From a virus, in the IMG/VR virus record IMGVR_UViG_3300008261_000042: DNA of 64,000 nucleotides, one strand, 5' to 3'. This document shows, piece after piece, positions 11,365 through 20,193 of this stretch; the first letter of the stretch is position 1; each line of letters begins with the position of its first letter. The notes under the pieces are model-generated. The model worked only from the letters and a program-made list of their open reading frames with translations, ran no database searches and had not been told where the DNA came from. Made by a program: the position numbers and the translations under genes.

Positions 11365-12636
11365 TGTCAATATTAAAAGTAAACGAAATAAGACCACAAT
11401 CTGGAACAACAATTACTATTCCTTCTGGACACCAATTAAGTCTAGCAGGAACTATTGTAAATTCAAATTCATTTCCTCCAAGTTTTTCTGGGCAAGCAGG
11501 AAAATTTTTACAATCTGATGGAACTAATTTAAACTGGCAAAGTTTAGGACCAGTTGCTATTAGAACATTTACCGCAAATGGAACTTGGACGAAACCAGCT
11601 GGAGTAACTAAAATTCTTGTTCGTGTACAAGGTGGTGGAGGATCTGCATCTGGCGTAGGAGAAGGTGGAGGAGGTGGAGGATTTTCCGAAAAATTTATTG
11701 ATGTTACTTCGGTCTCAAGTGTAAATGTCACCGTTGGTCAAGGATCCACTGCTAGTACGTATTATGCAAATACTGCTGGAGCAGGAACGGCATCTTCGTT
11801 CGGTAGTTATGTAACTGCTACTGGAGGAAATGGAGGAAATCAATCACATCAACATTGTGGTGGTCTTCCTGGCGTTGGGTCAGGAGGAGATTTAAATCTT
11901 TATGGTGGAGGTGGATCTGGGCACATGTATTGGTCTGGACCTCCAGGAGGAAATTCTTTTTATGGCGGTGCTGGAGCTTCTGGTCATCCACAAGGTGGAG
12001 ATTATGCACATAATCATTCATCTCATGCAGCATTTGGTTGTGGGGGAACTGCTGGTTATCACACAGAAAGAAGAGGTGCTAATGGAATGCCTGGAGTAGT
12101 AGTCGTATACGAATTTGTATAACCATGTCAACACTAAACGTAAATAACATAGAATCTTCTAGTGGTACTACTATTTTAATACCATCTGGAAATAGTTTAT
12201 CCTTAGCTGGAACTGTAGTAAATTCATCTACTCTTCCACCAAATCCATCAGGACAAACAAATCAAGCTTTATATACAAATGGTTCCGCTGTTTCTTTTAA
12301 TGTTACAGGACCAAGAAGTATCCAAACATTTACTAGCAGTGGAACTTGGACAAAGCCAAGTGGCATTAGTAAAATATGGGTAATGTTATGTGGGGGTGGA
12401 GGTGCAGCATCTGCTCACTCAGAATCTGGAGGTGCTGGAGGATATTGTGAGAAACTAATCGATGTTAGTTCAGTATCATCTGTTCAAGTTACGATTGGAG
12501 ATGGCTCTACTTCATGGACATATTATTCTGGTGCTGCAGGAGGAGGTGGAACTAGTTCTTTTGGTACTTATATGAGTGCGACAGGAGGTAGAGGCGCAAA
12601 TACTTCTCACCAACATTGCGGTGGTCTTCCTGGAGT
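11083..12636 (+). repeat. dispersed direct repeat within the three Gly-rich paralogs
   Basis: 41-nt gcaaatacttctcaccaacattg(t/c)ggtggtcttcctggagt at 11083-11123 and 12596-12636 (1 mismatch); 23-nt core also at 11850-11872. Confidence 0.9.
11364..12122 (+). CDS. glycine-rich tail-tip/adhesin-like protein, paralog 2
   Basis: Same architecture (MSILKVNEI...GTWTKP...HQHCGGLPGVG...GHPQGG...VVVYEF); TAATG overlap with paralog 1. Confidence 0.7.
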   Translation: MSILKVNEIRPQSGTTITIPSGHQLSLAGTIVNSNSFPPSFSGQAGKFLQSDGTNLNWQSLGPVAIRTFTANGTWTKPAGVTKILVRVQGGGGSASGVGEGGGGGGFSEKFIDVTSVSSVNVTVGQGSTASTYYANTAGAGTASSFGSYVTATGGNGGNQSHQHCGGLPGVGSGGDLNLYGGGGSGHMYWSGPPGGNSFYGGAGASGHPQGGDYAHNHSSHAAFGCGGTAGYHTERRGANGMPGVVVVYEFV

Positions 12637-12886
12637 AGGTACTGGCGGAGACTTGAATGTTTATGGTGGTGGTGGCACGGGTCATATGTCATGGGCATGT
12701 ATGAAAGGTGGTTCATCTTATTTTGGAGGAGCTGGAGTAAGTGGCCATCCCCAAGGAGGTAATTTTGCTCATAGTTATTGGGATAGATCAGCTCCTGGTT
12801 GTGGAGGAACTGCTGGGTATGATAATAACTCAACATTAGGAGCTTATGGAAGAGGTGGATTGTGTATTATCTACGAATATGCGTAA
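12125..12886 (+). CDS. glycine-rich tail-tip/adhesin-like protein, paralog 3
   Basis: Same architecture (MSTLNVNNI...GTWTKP...HQHCGGLPGVG...GHPQGG...IIYEY). Confidence 0.7.
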   Translation: MSTLNVNNIESSSGTTILIPSGNSLSLAGTVVNSSTLPPNPSGQTNQALYTNGSAVSFNVTGPRSIQTFTSSGTWTKPSGISKIWVMLCGGGGAASAHSESGGAGGYCEKLIDVSSVSSVQVTIGDGSTSWTYYSGAAGGGGTSSFGTYMSATGGRGANTSHQHCGGLPGVGTGGDLNVYGGGGTGHMSWACMKGGSSYFGGAGVSGHPQGGNFAHSYWDRSAPGCGGTAGYDNNSTLGAYGRGGLCIIYEYA

Positions 12887-12893
12887 ATAAATA
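12887..12893 (+). promoter_or_regulatory. late promoter (ATAAATA) upstream of the chaperone/halogenase/oxygenase run
   Basis: ATAAATA followed by CAGGAG RBS and ATG at 12921. Confidence 0.6.
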
Positions 12894-12920
12894 GTTTATA
12901 TAAACAGGAGATTTACAATA

Positions 12921-13382
12921 ATGAAAAGGGTTTTACTTGATTTTAGAGGAGTTATTAACGATGTTGTTGAGGTTGGATCTGAATTTGAAATTTATGATGG
13001 TCCAGACACAACAATTAAATGGGTTTTATGTCCACATGATGGAGTAGACGGCACTTGGCATTGTCAAGATGGTGAATGGATTTCTCCAGATAGAAAAAAA
13101 GATGTAAATTATGATATGCAAAGAAAAATTGCATACGGTACATTAGAAGAACAATTGGGAATGCTTTATCATGATATAAAATCTGGCAATTTACAAGATG
13201 GCGAATGGATTAGAATGCAAGATAATGTAAAATCTGCTATTATCTCACAAAGACAATATGAATCAGATCCAGCTAATATTGAAGGAAAGGTGGATCTAAA
13301 GTATCATACAGAAACAGATCCTGCATGGAATCATTTACCAGCAGAAGAAATTATTCCCCCATCATTTGATCACTTAAAATAA
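12921..13382 (+). CDS. putative tail-fibre assembly/chaperone-like protein
   Basis: RKIAYGTLEEQLGMLYHDI...W...VKS motif of small proteins that follow marine phage fibre genes; strong RBS. Confidence 0.5.
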   Translation: MKRVLLDFRGVINDVVEVGSEFEIYDGPDTTIKWVLCPHDGVDGTWHCQDGEWISPDRKKDVNYDMQRKIAYGTLEEQLGMLYHDIKSGNLQDGEWIRMQDNVKSAIISQRQYESDPANIEGKVDLKYHTETDPAWNHLPAEEIIPPSFDHLK

Positions 13383-13398
13383 TAATTAAATTATAATC

Positions 13399-14985
13399 AT
13401 GAAAATAAATTCAATATGCATCGTCGGAGGTGGCTCCAGTGGATGGATGGCAGCGGCTGCAATTGCCGTTAATTTACCAAATATTAAGTTAACTGTTATA
13501 GAACCAACTGATATTCCCATCGTTGGAGTTGGAGAATCAACATTAGGTCACATCAATCGTTATTTGCATTGTATTGGATTGGGAGGTAAAGATAAAGAAT
13601 GGATGCCACAATGTGAAGCTTCTTATAAAGTTTCTATTCAATTTTCCGATTTTAAACAAAAAGGACATGTATTTCAGTATCCATTTGGAAAGCATGATTA
13701 TACAAATAACAAAACTCCAAATGATTGGGCATATCTAAAAAATTTAATTCCAGAATTTAATGACACTTATTCAGAATTTTATAATCCAATTACGTATCTA
13801 GCAAATACAAATAAGATGGTTTCTGATAACTCTATTATTAGAAACTTTAATTTTACTATGGATACTGCGTATCATTTTAATGCTACTCAGTTTGGTCAAT
13901 ATTTGAAAAATAATATTTGTATCCCAAAAGGAGTTACTGTAATAAGAGATAGTATCGAAGATGTAGTTATAAATGAAGATGGAGAGATTGAATACCTAGT
14001 AGCAAAATTAACTCCAAGAATGAAATTAAAATATGATTTGTATATTGATTGCACTGGATTCAAATCATTGATCCTAGAAAAGAAAATGGGATCAAAATTT
14101 ATAAGTTTTAATGATGTACTATTAAATGATACTGCATTAGCAACTAGAATCCCATATATTGATATAGAAAAAGAACTAACTAATGTTACAGACTGCTGTG
14201 CATTAAAAAATGGATGGGTTTGGAATATTCCATTGTGGAGTAGAATTGGAACTGGATATTGTTATTCTAGTAAATTTACTACTAAAGAAAATGCAGAAAA
14301 AGAATTTAGAGAACATCTAGCAAAAATTGATAAGAAAAGAGCTGAAGAAGCAGAGTTATTTACAATTAATATTAGACATGGTAAACGTGAAAAAGCTTGG
14401 GTAAAAAATTGTTTAGGTATTGGTCTTTCTTACGGATTTTTAGAGCCACTAGAATCTACTGGATTATTAACAACACATGAAAATGTTTTGCGATTAGTTG
14501 ATACACTACAAAAAAGAGAAGGTTATGTAACAAAATTAGATGTTGATGGTTATAACCATGCAGTAGATTATGATTTAGAATCATTTAAAGATTTTATTGT
14601 TATGCACTATGTGCTTTCACAAAGAGATGATAGTGATTATTGGAAATATATCAAATATGAAATGGATGTAGTTCCGCCAGAAATGATTACTGATAGACTA
14701 GTAACAAGTCCAAGACTTTATAGAGAATTTTTACATGATAGTTATAGAAGTCATAATTTTAGTGACTTAGATGGCATTCTTTATATTGCTCATGGAATGG
14801 ACTATCTTCCTGTAGGAAAAACTCAAACTGAATATAGATTTTCGGAAAATGGTTATTTTAATAAAGATCAATTGATAAAAGATGTAAAAATTCCACATGA
14901 TAGGTATAAAAAACAAGTACTACGTCATCTGGATAAATGCCCGTCTACATACAAATTTTTGAAGGACAACATTTACAATGCTTAA
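13399..14985 (+). CDS. prnA: flavin-dependent (tryptophan-type) halogenase, PrnA-like
   Basis: GGGSSG FAD motif, GVGEST, ASYK (catalytic Lys position), GWVWNIP (WxWxIP), FLEPLESTG; 528 aa. Confidence 0.9.
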   Translation: MKINSICIVGGGSSGWMAAAAIAVNLPNIKLTVIEPTDIPIVGVGESTLGHINRYLHCIGLGGKDKEWMPQCEASYKVSIQFSDFKQKGHVFQYPFGKHDYTNNKTPNDWAYLKNLIPEFNDTYSEFYNPITYLANTNKMVSDNSIIRNFNFTMDTAYHFNATQFGQYLKNNICIPKGVTVIRDSIEDVVINEDGEIEYLVAKLTPRMKLKYDLYIDCTGFKSLILEKKMGSKFISFNDVLLNDTALATRIPYIDIEKELTNVTDCCALKNGWVWNIPLWSRIGTGYCYSSKFTTKENAEKEFREHLAKIDKKRAEEAELFTINIRHGKREKAWVKNCLGIGLSYGFLEPLESTGLLTTHENVLRLVDTLQKREGYVTKLDVDGYNHAVDYDLESFKDFIVMHYVLSQRDDSDYWKYIKYEMDVVPPEMITDRLVTSPRLYREFLHDSYRSHNFSDLDGILYIAHGMDYLPVGKTQTEYRFSENGYFNKDQLIKDVKIPHDRYKKQVLRHLDKCPSTYKFLKDNIYNA

Positions 14986-15784
14986 TAATTTTTTTAAAAA
15001 GAAATCTCCTACAATAAGATTTTTTTCTCTTACCCCAGGAGTAAATACTTTATATCCAATTATAAAATCTAATAAATTAAATCGTGAATGGGTAACAGAA
15101 GAAAAAATTGATTATGAAAATAGAAAATCTAAATGTCCATTTGGATTTTTATCAACACAAGGAATTGATCGTGTTAGTAGTATTGGAAAATGCCCAGCAA
15201 TTAGTGGAATAATTGGAGCTGGATTTACAATAAGAGCACCAGCAGATTTTGTTGTGATGACAAATGGAGATAAAACAACGCTCGATTTCAAATACAAAAA
15301 TATTGTTCCTCATATTGAATATGTAACAAAGCACGAAAAAGAAGTATCAAGTTGGTTATTAGATTCTTCTAAAGATAATACTCTAAATCAGGTTTTAAAA
15401 GTAAATACTCCATGGAGAATTACTTGCGATTCTGATGATATTATTTTTCTAGTAACAAAAGTTCCATTCGTCAAAGAAGATAGATTCACAGCTGTTACTG
15501 GAATTTTAGATCCAAAAACAGCATATGAAATAAATATACAACTTTTTTGGCACGTACTAAATGGAGAAGAAGTTATAAAAGCTGGCACACCCTTATGTAA
15601 TTACATTCCAATTTCTAGATCTTTATTGCAAAATATTTCTTTTGTTTCTGAAGATGCTGAAGAAAGAGATTATCTTGTCGAAAGAGAAATGCTATTTTCT
15701 TATGAACATGTATTTTCAAATTCAAACACTTTGAAAGATAAAGTATCTAGAGTTGTAAAAATATTAAAAAAATATTATGGTTGA
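14978..15784 (+). CDS. hypothetical protein (KCPAI...IKAGTPL family often found beside phage oxygenases)
   Basis: 268-aa ORF overlapping both neighbours. Confidence 0.55.
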   Translation: MLNNFFKKKSPTIRFFSLTPGVNTLYPIIKSNKLNREWVTEEKIDYENRKSKCPFGFLSTQGIDRVSSIGKCPAISGIIGAGFTIRAPADFVVMTNGDKTTLDFKYKNIVPHIEYVTKHEKEVSSWLLDSSKDNTLNQVLKVNTPWRITCDSDDIIFLVTKVPFVKEDRFTAVTGILDPKTAYEINIQLFWHVLNGEEVIKAGTPLCNYIPISRSLLQNISFVSEDAEERDYLVEREMLFSYEHVFSNSNTLKDKVSRVVKILKKYYG

Positions 15785-16370
15785 ATTATTTCCTATAAAA
15801 ATTTACAAATCTTCAATTGTTCCATCTAGTAGTGACGACAAGATTTGTGAAGATATCTTAAATGATCTTTTTTCAAAATCAACAGAAAATTATTGGGCAG
15901 GAGAAAGTGGATTTTCTACTGGAGAGTTTTCACTTTCTCTACATCAATATAAAGAATTTAATTGGTTATTTGATTCTCTAGTTTCTCATTTAGGTGCATA
16001 CTGGGATGAATTATCTTATGGAAATATACCTGTTTATTTGAGAGATAGTTGGGCAAATTTGCATTACTCTAATCACGAAACAGAAGAGCATTCACATTCT
16101 GATGGATTACTAGGAAATTCAATAATATCTGGAGTTTTTTATTTTAGAAAACCAGAAAATGAATCTAACATAATTTTTTGCAACCCATTAGATTATATAC
16201 TAAGATTACAACCATATAAAGATTTAAAAGGTATAAAAACCATTGGAGAAGAAATAAAAACAAATCAATATGATTTTTTACTTTTCCCTTCTTGGTTGCG
16301 TCATAGAGTACCAGCATTCAAATCAAATTCAAAAAGAATAGCTATATCGTTTAACTATGCAAGAGTATGA
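15777..16370 (+). CDS. putative 2OG-Fe(II) oxygenase (TIGR02466-like)
   Basis: W.N...HSH...SGVFY...FPSWLRHRV...RIAISFN. Confidence 0.8.
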   Translation: MVELFPIKIYKSSIVPSSSDDKICEDILNDLFSKSTENYWAGESGFSTGEFSLSLHQYKEFNWLFDSLVSHLGAYWDELSYGNIPVYLRDSWANLHYSNHETEEHSHSDGLLGNSIISGVFYFRKPENESNIIFCNPLDYILRLQPYKDLKGIKTIGEEIKTNQYDFLLFPSWLRHRVPAFKSNSKRIAISFNYARV

Positions 16371-17136
16371 TATAAATGATTTTAGAAAAATGTCTATCTC
16401 TTCAGTTTACTTTAATGATGAGATTAAAATAAAATCAATTAAAAATTTAGAATATGAATACATTAAATTAGATAAAAATGTAGGATATTGGATTACCGAT
16501 TGTCCATTTGTAGATGGATCTTTTATAAAATATATGGAATTTGTTAAATCAAATCCTATATGGAGAATGAATAACGAATACGATTTGGAAGATACTAATC
16601 CATTTGCAACAATTCATCTACCAGATTTTTCAACTAGACCATTGTTTAATTTATTATATCAATTTTACTCTTCTACTATTGGTTATAATAAAGATGTTTC
16701 GGTAAATGATTGGGGAAATATTTATTTTAAAGAGCACTCACGTCCTATAAAAAGATGGAGGCTTCCTCATATGGATTATGTTTCTGGTTTGGTAGCTAAT
16801 CTTTGGTTTACTAATCATGATATAAATTCTACAGGAACTAATTTATATTTTTATAAAGGAGTGACTCATGGAATTAATTATGATTTCCAAGTAAATGAAA
16901 GTCATCCATTATATAAAGAATGGCACAATATGAAATCTAAAGATCGTGATATTAAATGGAATAATTTTTCTATCGATGAAGCTAACTATTGGGGATTTGA
17001 ATTGCTTGGCAAAGCTCCAACTAAATATAGTTGTATGACAATGTACTATCCAAATATTTCTCATGCTCCATTTATTGAAGATGACATAAAATTTAGATGG
17101 TCACATACTTTTAGTTGTTTTTCTAATTTTTTATGA
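16357..17136 (+). CDS. putative 2OG-Fe(II) oxygenase-like protein
   Basis: PHMD...GTNLY...HAP...RWS (HxD...H...R triad). Confidence 0.6.
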   Translation: MQEYDINDFRKMSISSVYFNDEIKIKSIKNLEYEYIKLDKNVGYWITDCPFVDGSFIKYMEFVKSNPIWRMNNEYDLEDTNPFATIHLPDFSTRPLFNLLYQFYSSTIGYNKDVSVNDWGNIYFKEHSRPIKRWRLPHMDYVSGLVANLWFTNHDINSTGTNLYFYKGVTHGINYDFQVNESHPLYKEWHNMKSKDRDIKWNNFSIDEANYWGFELLGKAPTKYSCMTMYYPNISHAPFIEDDIKFRWSHTFSCFSNFL

Positions 17137-17723
17137 TTAATGTTGAGCATATTTTTCCTGTTCCTATTTGGTCAATTGATTTAGATCTTAATTTAAACGA
17201 GATAGAAACTTATATAAGATCTATTAAAAATGTATCTAATGGGCGAGCTATTTCAAATGTAAATGGATGGCAATCAGATTCATTTGATACAAAACAAGAA
17301 ACAATTCCAGAGATAAAAAGGTTATTTTATCTCATACAAAAATATTTAAAATTATGTTATGCAGAATATGGTAGTGCAGAAAACCCAGAAATTGACAATT
17401 ATTGGTTTAATATAAATTATCCAGGTTCTTCAAATTTAGATCATCTACATTCTAGATGTTTTTTATCTGGTTGCTTTTATGTAAATACATCTCTTAACTG
17501 TGGGGATATTGTTTTTAAAAGATCTTCATTAGAAGATTATATAATTTCTTCTAATGTTGGATTATCTAATACTAAACTATCGGCATCTCATTGGAAATAT
17601 TCCACGAAGCCAAATCAAGTATTAATATTTCCTTCATGGATTTCTCATTTTGTCGAAGAAAATAAATCATCAGAAGATAGAATTTCAATTGCTTTTAATA
17701 CGAGGTCTTTAAAATGGGAGTAA
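17133..17723 (+). CDS. putative 2OG-Fe(II) oxygenase (TIGR02466-like)
   Basis: SNVNGWQS, WFNIN, HLH, SGCFY, FPSWISHFV, RISIAFN. Confidence 0.85.
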   Translation: MINVEHIFPVPIWSIDLDLNLNEIETYIRSIKNVSNGRAISNVNGWQSDSFDTKQETIPEIKRLFYLIQKYLKLCYAEYGSAENPEIDNYWFNINYPGSSNLDHLHSRCFLSGCFYVNTSLNCGDIVFKRSSLEDYIISSNVGLSNTKLSASHWKYSTKPNQVLIFPSWISHFVEENKSSEDRISIAFNTRSLKWE

Positions 17724-18328
17724 AAATTATTGATAATTTATTACCAAAAAAATTAGAAAACGATATTATGGATCTTACCATGGGAACATCATTTCCATGG
17801 TTTTATATAAATGATATAACTAGAAATGTGAGCGGTGAAGGAATTTATGCTCAGCCAGGATTTCATAACACTCCATTTATACATTATGCTCCATCAAATC
17901 CATTTTTTGATTATTTCAAATCTTTATCTTTTATTATAGAAGATCAAATAAATTGGAAACATGATTTAAATTTGTTTAGATTAAGATGCGGATTAAATTA
18001 TCCGTTAGTACATCAAAATAAAAAATTTAGTTGGGAATGGAATTATCCTCATATTGATCATAATCCAGATTTTGTTACTGGAAAAACTTTTACTTGTTTA
18101 TACTATGTTAATGATTCTGACGGAGATACATTTGTTTTCAATGAAGTAGAGGAATCAAAAAATTACACCGTGATGGAAAGGATATCTCCTAAAAAAGGAA
18201 GAATTGCAATATTTGATGGAGAGCATTATCACGCAAGTTCTTCTCCTAGACTATCAAATTCCAGAATTGTTTTAGCTTTTAATTATCATGATAAAAAATA
18301 TTTTACGAGATCTGAAGAAACAAATTAA
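17714..18328 (+). CDS. 2OG-Fe(II) oxygenase
   Basis: PHID...LYYVNDSDGDT...FDGEHYHAS...RIVLAFN. Confidence 0.8.
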   Translation: MGVKIIDNLLPKKLENDIMDLTMGTSFPWFYINDITRNVSGEGIYAQPGFHNTPFIHYAPSNPFFDYFKSLSFIIEDQINWKHDLNLFRLRCGLNYPLVHQNKKFSWEWNYPHIDHNPDFVTGKTFTCLYYVNDSDGDTFVFNEVEESKNYTVMERISPKKGRIAIFDGEHYHASSSPRLSNSRIVLAFNYHDKKYFTRSEETN

Positions 18329-18983
18329 ATTTGATGATCAATGTGTTGTTATAAAAGATTTTATTTCAAATCCAAATATATTAATTTCGTGGTATGACGT
18401 TGAAGAAGCTTTAAATTATAATTTATTTAAATTTGAAATTATACAAAATGGCAATAAATTACCTATACCAGAAATGAATTATTTTTGGTATTCAAAAATA
18501 ATTCAAGACAAAAAATACATTTATGATTTCATCATCAACGGTAATGCTTTTGTAATATTAGAATATAGAAATAAAGAAATCAACAATTTACTACAGCAAA
18601 TAGAAAATTTTTTTGATGTCTTATGTGATGCTCATATTTATGGTGGGATATCAGAATATTCAAAATCATTTACACCGCATGTTGATATTCCTCCAAATTT
18701 TATTTTACAAATAGAAGGAACTACGACATGGAAAATATATAAAAATTGTGCATCTGATTTATTTTCACAAGAAGATATAAATTCTTCAGTAGACAAAAAT
18801 ATTTTAGAAATAGATAAAGAAGTGATATTATCACCTGGAGATATTCTTTACATACCATCAAGAAGATTTCATGAGGCTATACCAACGGGGAAAAGACTTT
18901 CTATAAGTATTCCATGTAGACCAAAAAAATACGATAGAAGTATGTTTAATTTAGATAGAAATTACTATGAAATTACAAGTTAA
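18288..18983 (+). CDS. JmjC/cupin-4 (YcfD/ROX-like) oxygenase
   Basis: SFTPHVD...FILQIEG...W...LSPGDILYIP..RFHEA...RLSISI. Confidence 0.8.
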   Translation: MIKNILRDLKKQIKFDDQCVVIKDFISNPNILISWYDVEEALNYNLFKFEIIQNGNKLPIPEMNYFWYSKIIQDKKYIYDFIINGNAFVILEYRNKEINNLLQQIENFFDVLCDAHIYGGISEYSKSFTPHVDIPPNFILQIEGTTTWKIYKNCASDLFSQEDINSSVDKNILEIDKEVILSPGDILYIPSRRFHEAIPTGKRLSISIPCRPKKYDRSMFNLDRNYYEITS

Positions 18984-19638
18984 TGATTGGGATGAGCCAA
19001 TGCTAGAATCAGGCAAAGATTTTCCTCCTATCTTAAAATTGGTAAAAAATGCAATACCAAAAGAAGTATTAACAATCATGGATATCGAATTTACAATGAT
19101 GCGTGATTGTATGAAAACTTTAAACAGTACTAATGGATTTAATGATCCATCAGTTCACAATTCTTTTTCTTGGTATTCTCCAATATGTTTTGAAACTTTA
19201 AGTGTTTATTTACAGCCATTGGTAGAAAAAGAAGTTGGAGAAAAATTGTTTCCTACGTATTCATATGCTAGAATTTATATGAATAATAGTGTGTTGACTA
19301 AGCATACTGATAGAAAAAGTTCTCAATTATCAGCAAGTTGTTGTATAAGAAAGGACGCAGATTGGCCACTTTGTTTTAAAACAAAAGAAGGTATTGAAGA
19401 ATTTGATATGGATCCAGGAGATATAGTAATTTCTTCAGGAACAAAAATTCCTCATTGGAGAGAACCATATACAGGTAATGAACATATGCAAGCATTTTTA
19501 CAATATGTTTATGTCGATGGAAAATATTCTCATTTAAAATATGACACTAGACCATGTTTAGCATCTGATTATGAATTAACTGCTCCTTATATAAAAGAAG
19601 AAGTTAATCGAAGATATAATCATCCATACATTTCATAA
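18967..19638 (+). CDS. 2OG-Fe(II) oxygenase-like protein
   Basis: PTYSYARIY...LTKHTDR...PGD...PHWRE...QAFLQYV. Confidence 0.75.
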   Translation: MKLQVNDWDEPMLESGKDFPPILKLVKNAIPKEVLTIMDIEFTMMRDCMKTLNSTNGFNDPSVHNSFSWYSPICFETLSVYLQPLVEKEVGEKLFPTYSYARIYMNNSVLTKHTDRKSSQLSASCCIRKDADWPLCFKTKEGIEEFDMDPGDIVISSGTKIPHWREPYTGNEHMQAFLQYVYVDGKYSHLKYDTRPCLASDYELTAPYIKEEVNRRYNHPYIS

Positions 19639-19662
19639 ATATAGTAGAATTAATTTAGTATT

Positions 19663-19923
19663 ATGATTGAAGCAACCGAAAATAAAACATATACATTTGA
19701 AGAAATTTGGGAAAATTTTGCATCTCAATTAAATGAAGCGAGAATCCAATTGAATAATAAAGAAGAAGAAATTCAAGCAGAAGCTGCTCATATGACAAGA
19801 ATTGATCTTACTGAATTTAATGACTTAAGAACTGCTGTTATTAAATTAGAAGCAGCATTAGAAACTATGGATATTTTGAGAGTAAATTTATTCAACCAAG
19901 AATCATTGATTGTAAAACAATGA
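19663..19923 (+). CDS. small coiled-coil hypothetical protein
   Basis: 86-aa ORF preceded by late promoter ATAAATA at 19635-19641. Confidence 0.65.
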   Translation: MIEATENKTYTFEEIWENFASQLNEARIQLNNKEEEIQAEAAHMTRIDLTEFNDLRTAVIKLEAALETMDILRVNLFNQESLIVKQ

Positions 19924-19957
19924 TAAATAATCATACACATAATTATTATTGATCACT

Positions 19958-20140
19958 ATGGACACCGAACAACTTAAGAAAAATTTTGAAGATCAACTTG
20001 CTACTACAGAAAAGCAAATCGCCGAGCTGGAAGCAAATCTAGAAAAAGCAAAAGAGTATCGCCTTAAACTACAAGGCGGTCTAGAAACTCTAATTCTTCT
20101 GAATCCGCCAGAAGAATCTACAGAAGAAGTAGCAGAATAA
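19958..20140 (+). CDS. small coiled-coil hypothetical protein (likely ATG start 19958)
   Basis: Preceded by ATAAATA at 19923-19929; resembles the previous ORF (NF..QL...KL...LET). Confidence 0.7.
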   Translation: MDTEQLKKNFEDQLATTEKQIAELEANLEKAKEYRLKLQGGLETLILLNPPEESTEEVAE

Positions 20141-20145
20141 TCTTC

Positions 20146-20181
20146 AAATCCCTATCTGATAAATACAGGTAGGGATTTTTT
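20146..20181 (+). terminator. intrinsic terminator whose loop is a late promoter
   Basis: AAATCCCTATCTG-ATAAATA-CAGGTAGGGATTT followed by T-run. Confidence 0.7.
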
Positions 20182-20193
20182 GTATCTAATTAA

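Noticed and set aside
10615-12886. Diversity-generating retroelement or invertible tail-fibre cassette
   Set aside because: No reverse transcriptase or invertase, all copies are on one strand, and differences are not adenine-specific
13399-19638. Classical secondary-metabolite or RiPP cluster
   Set aside because: No NRPS/PKS, precursor peptide, transporter or flavin reductase is visible; kept only as a modification-island hypothesis
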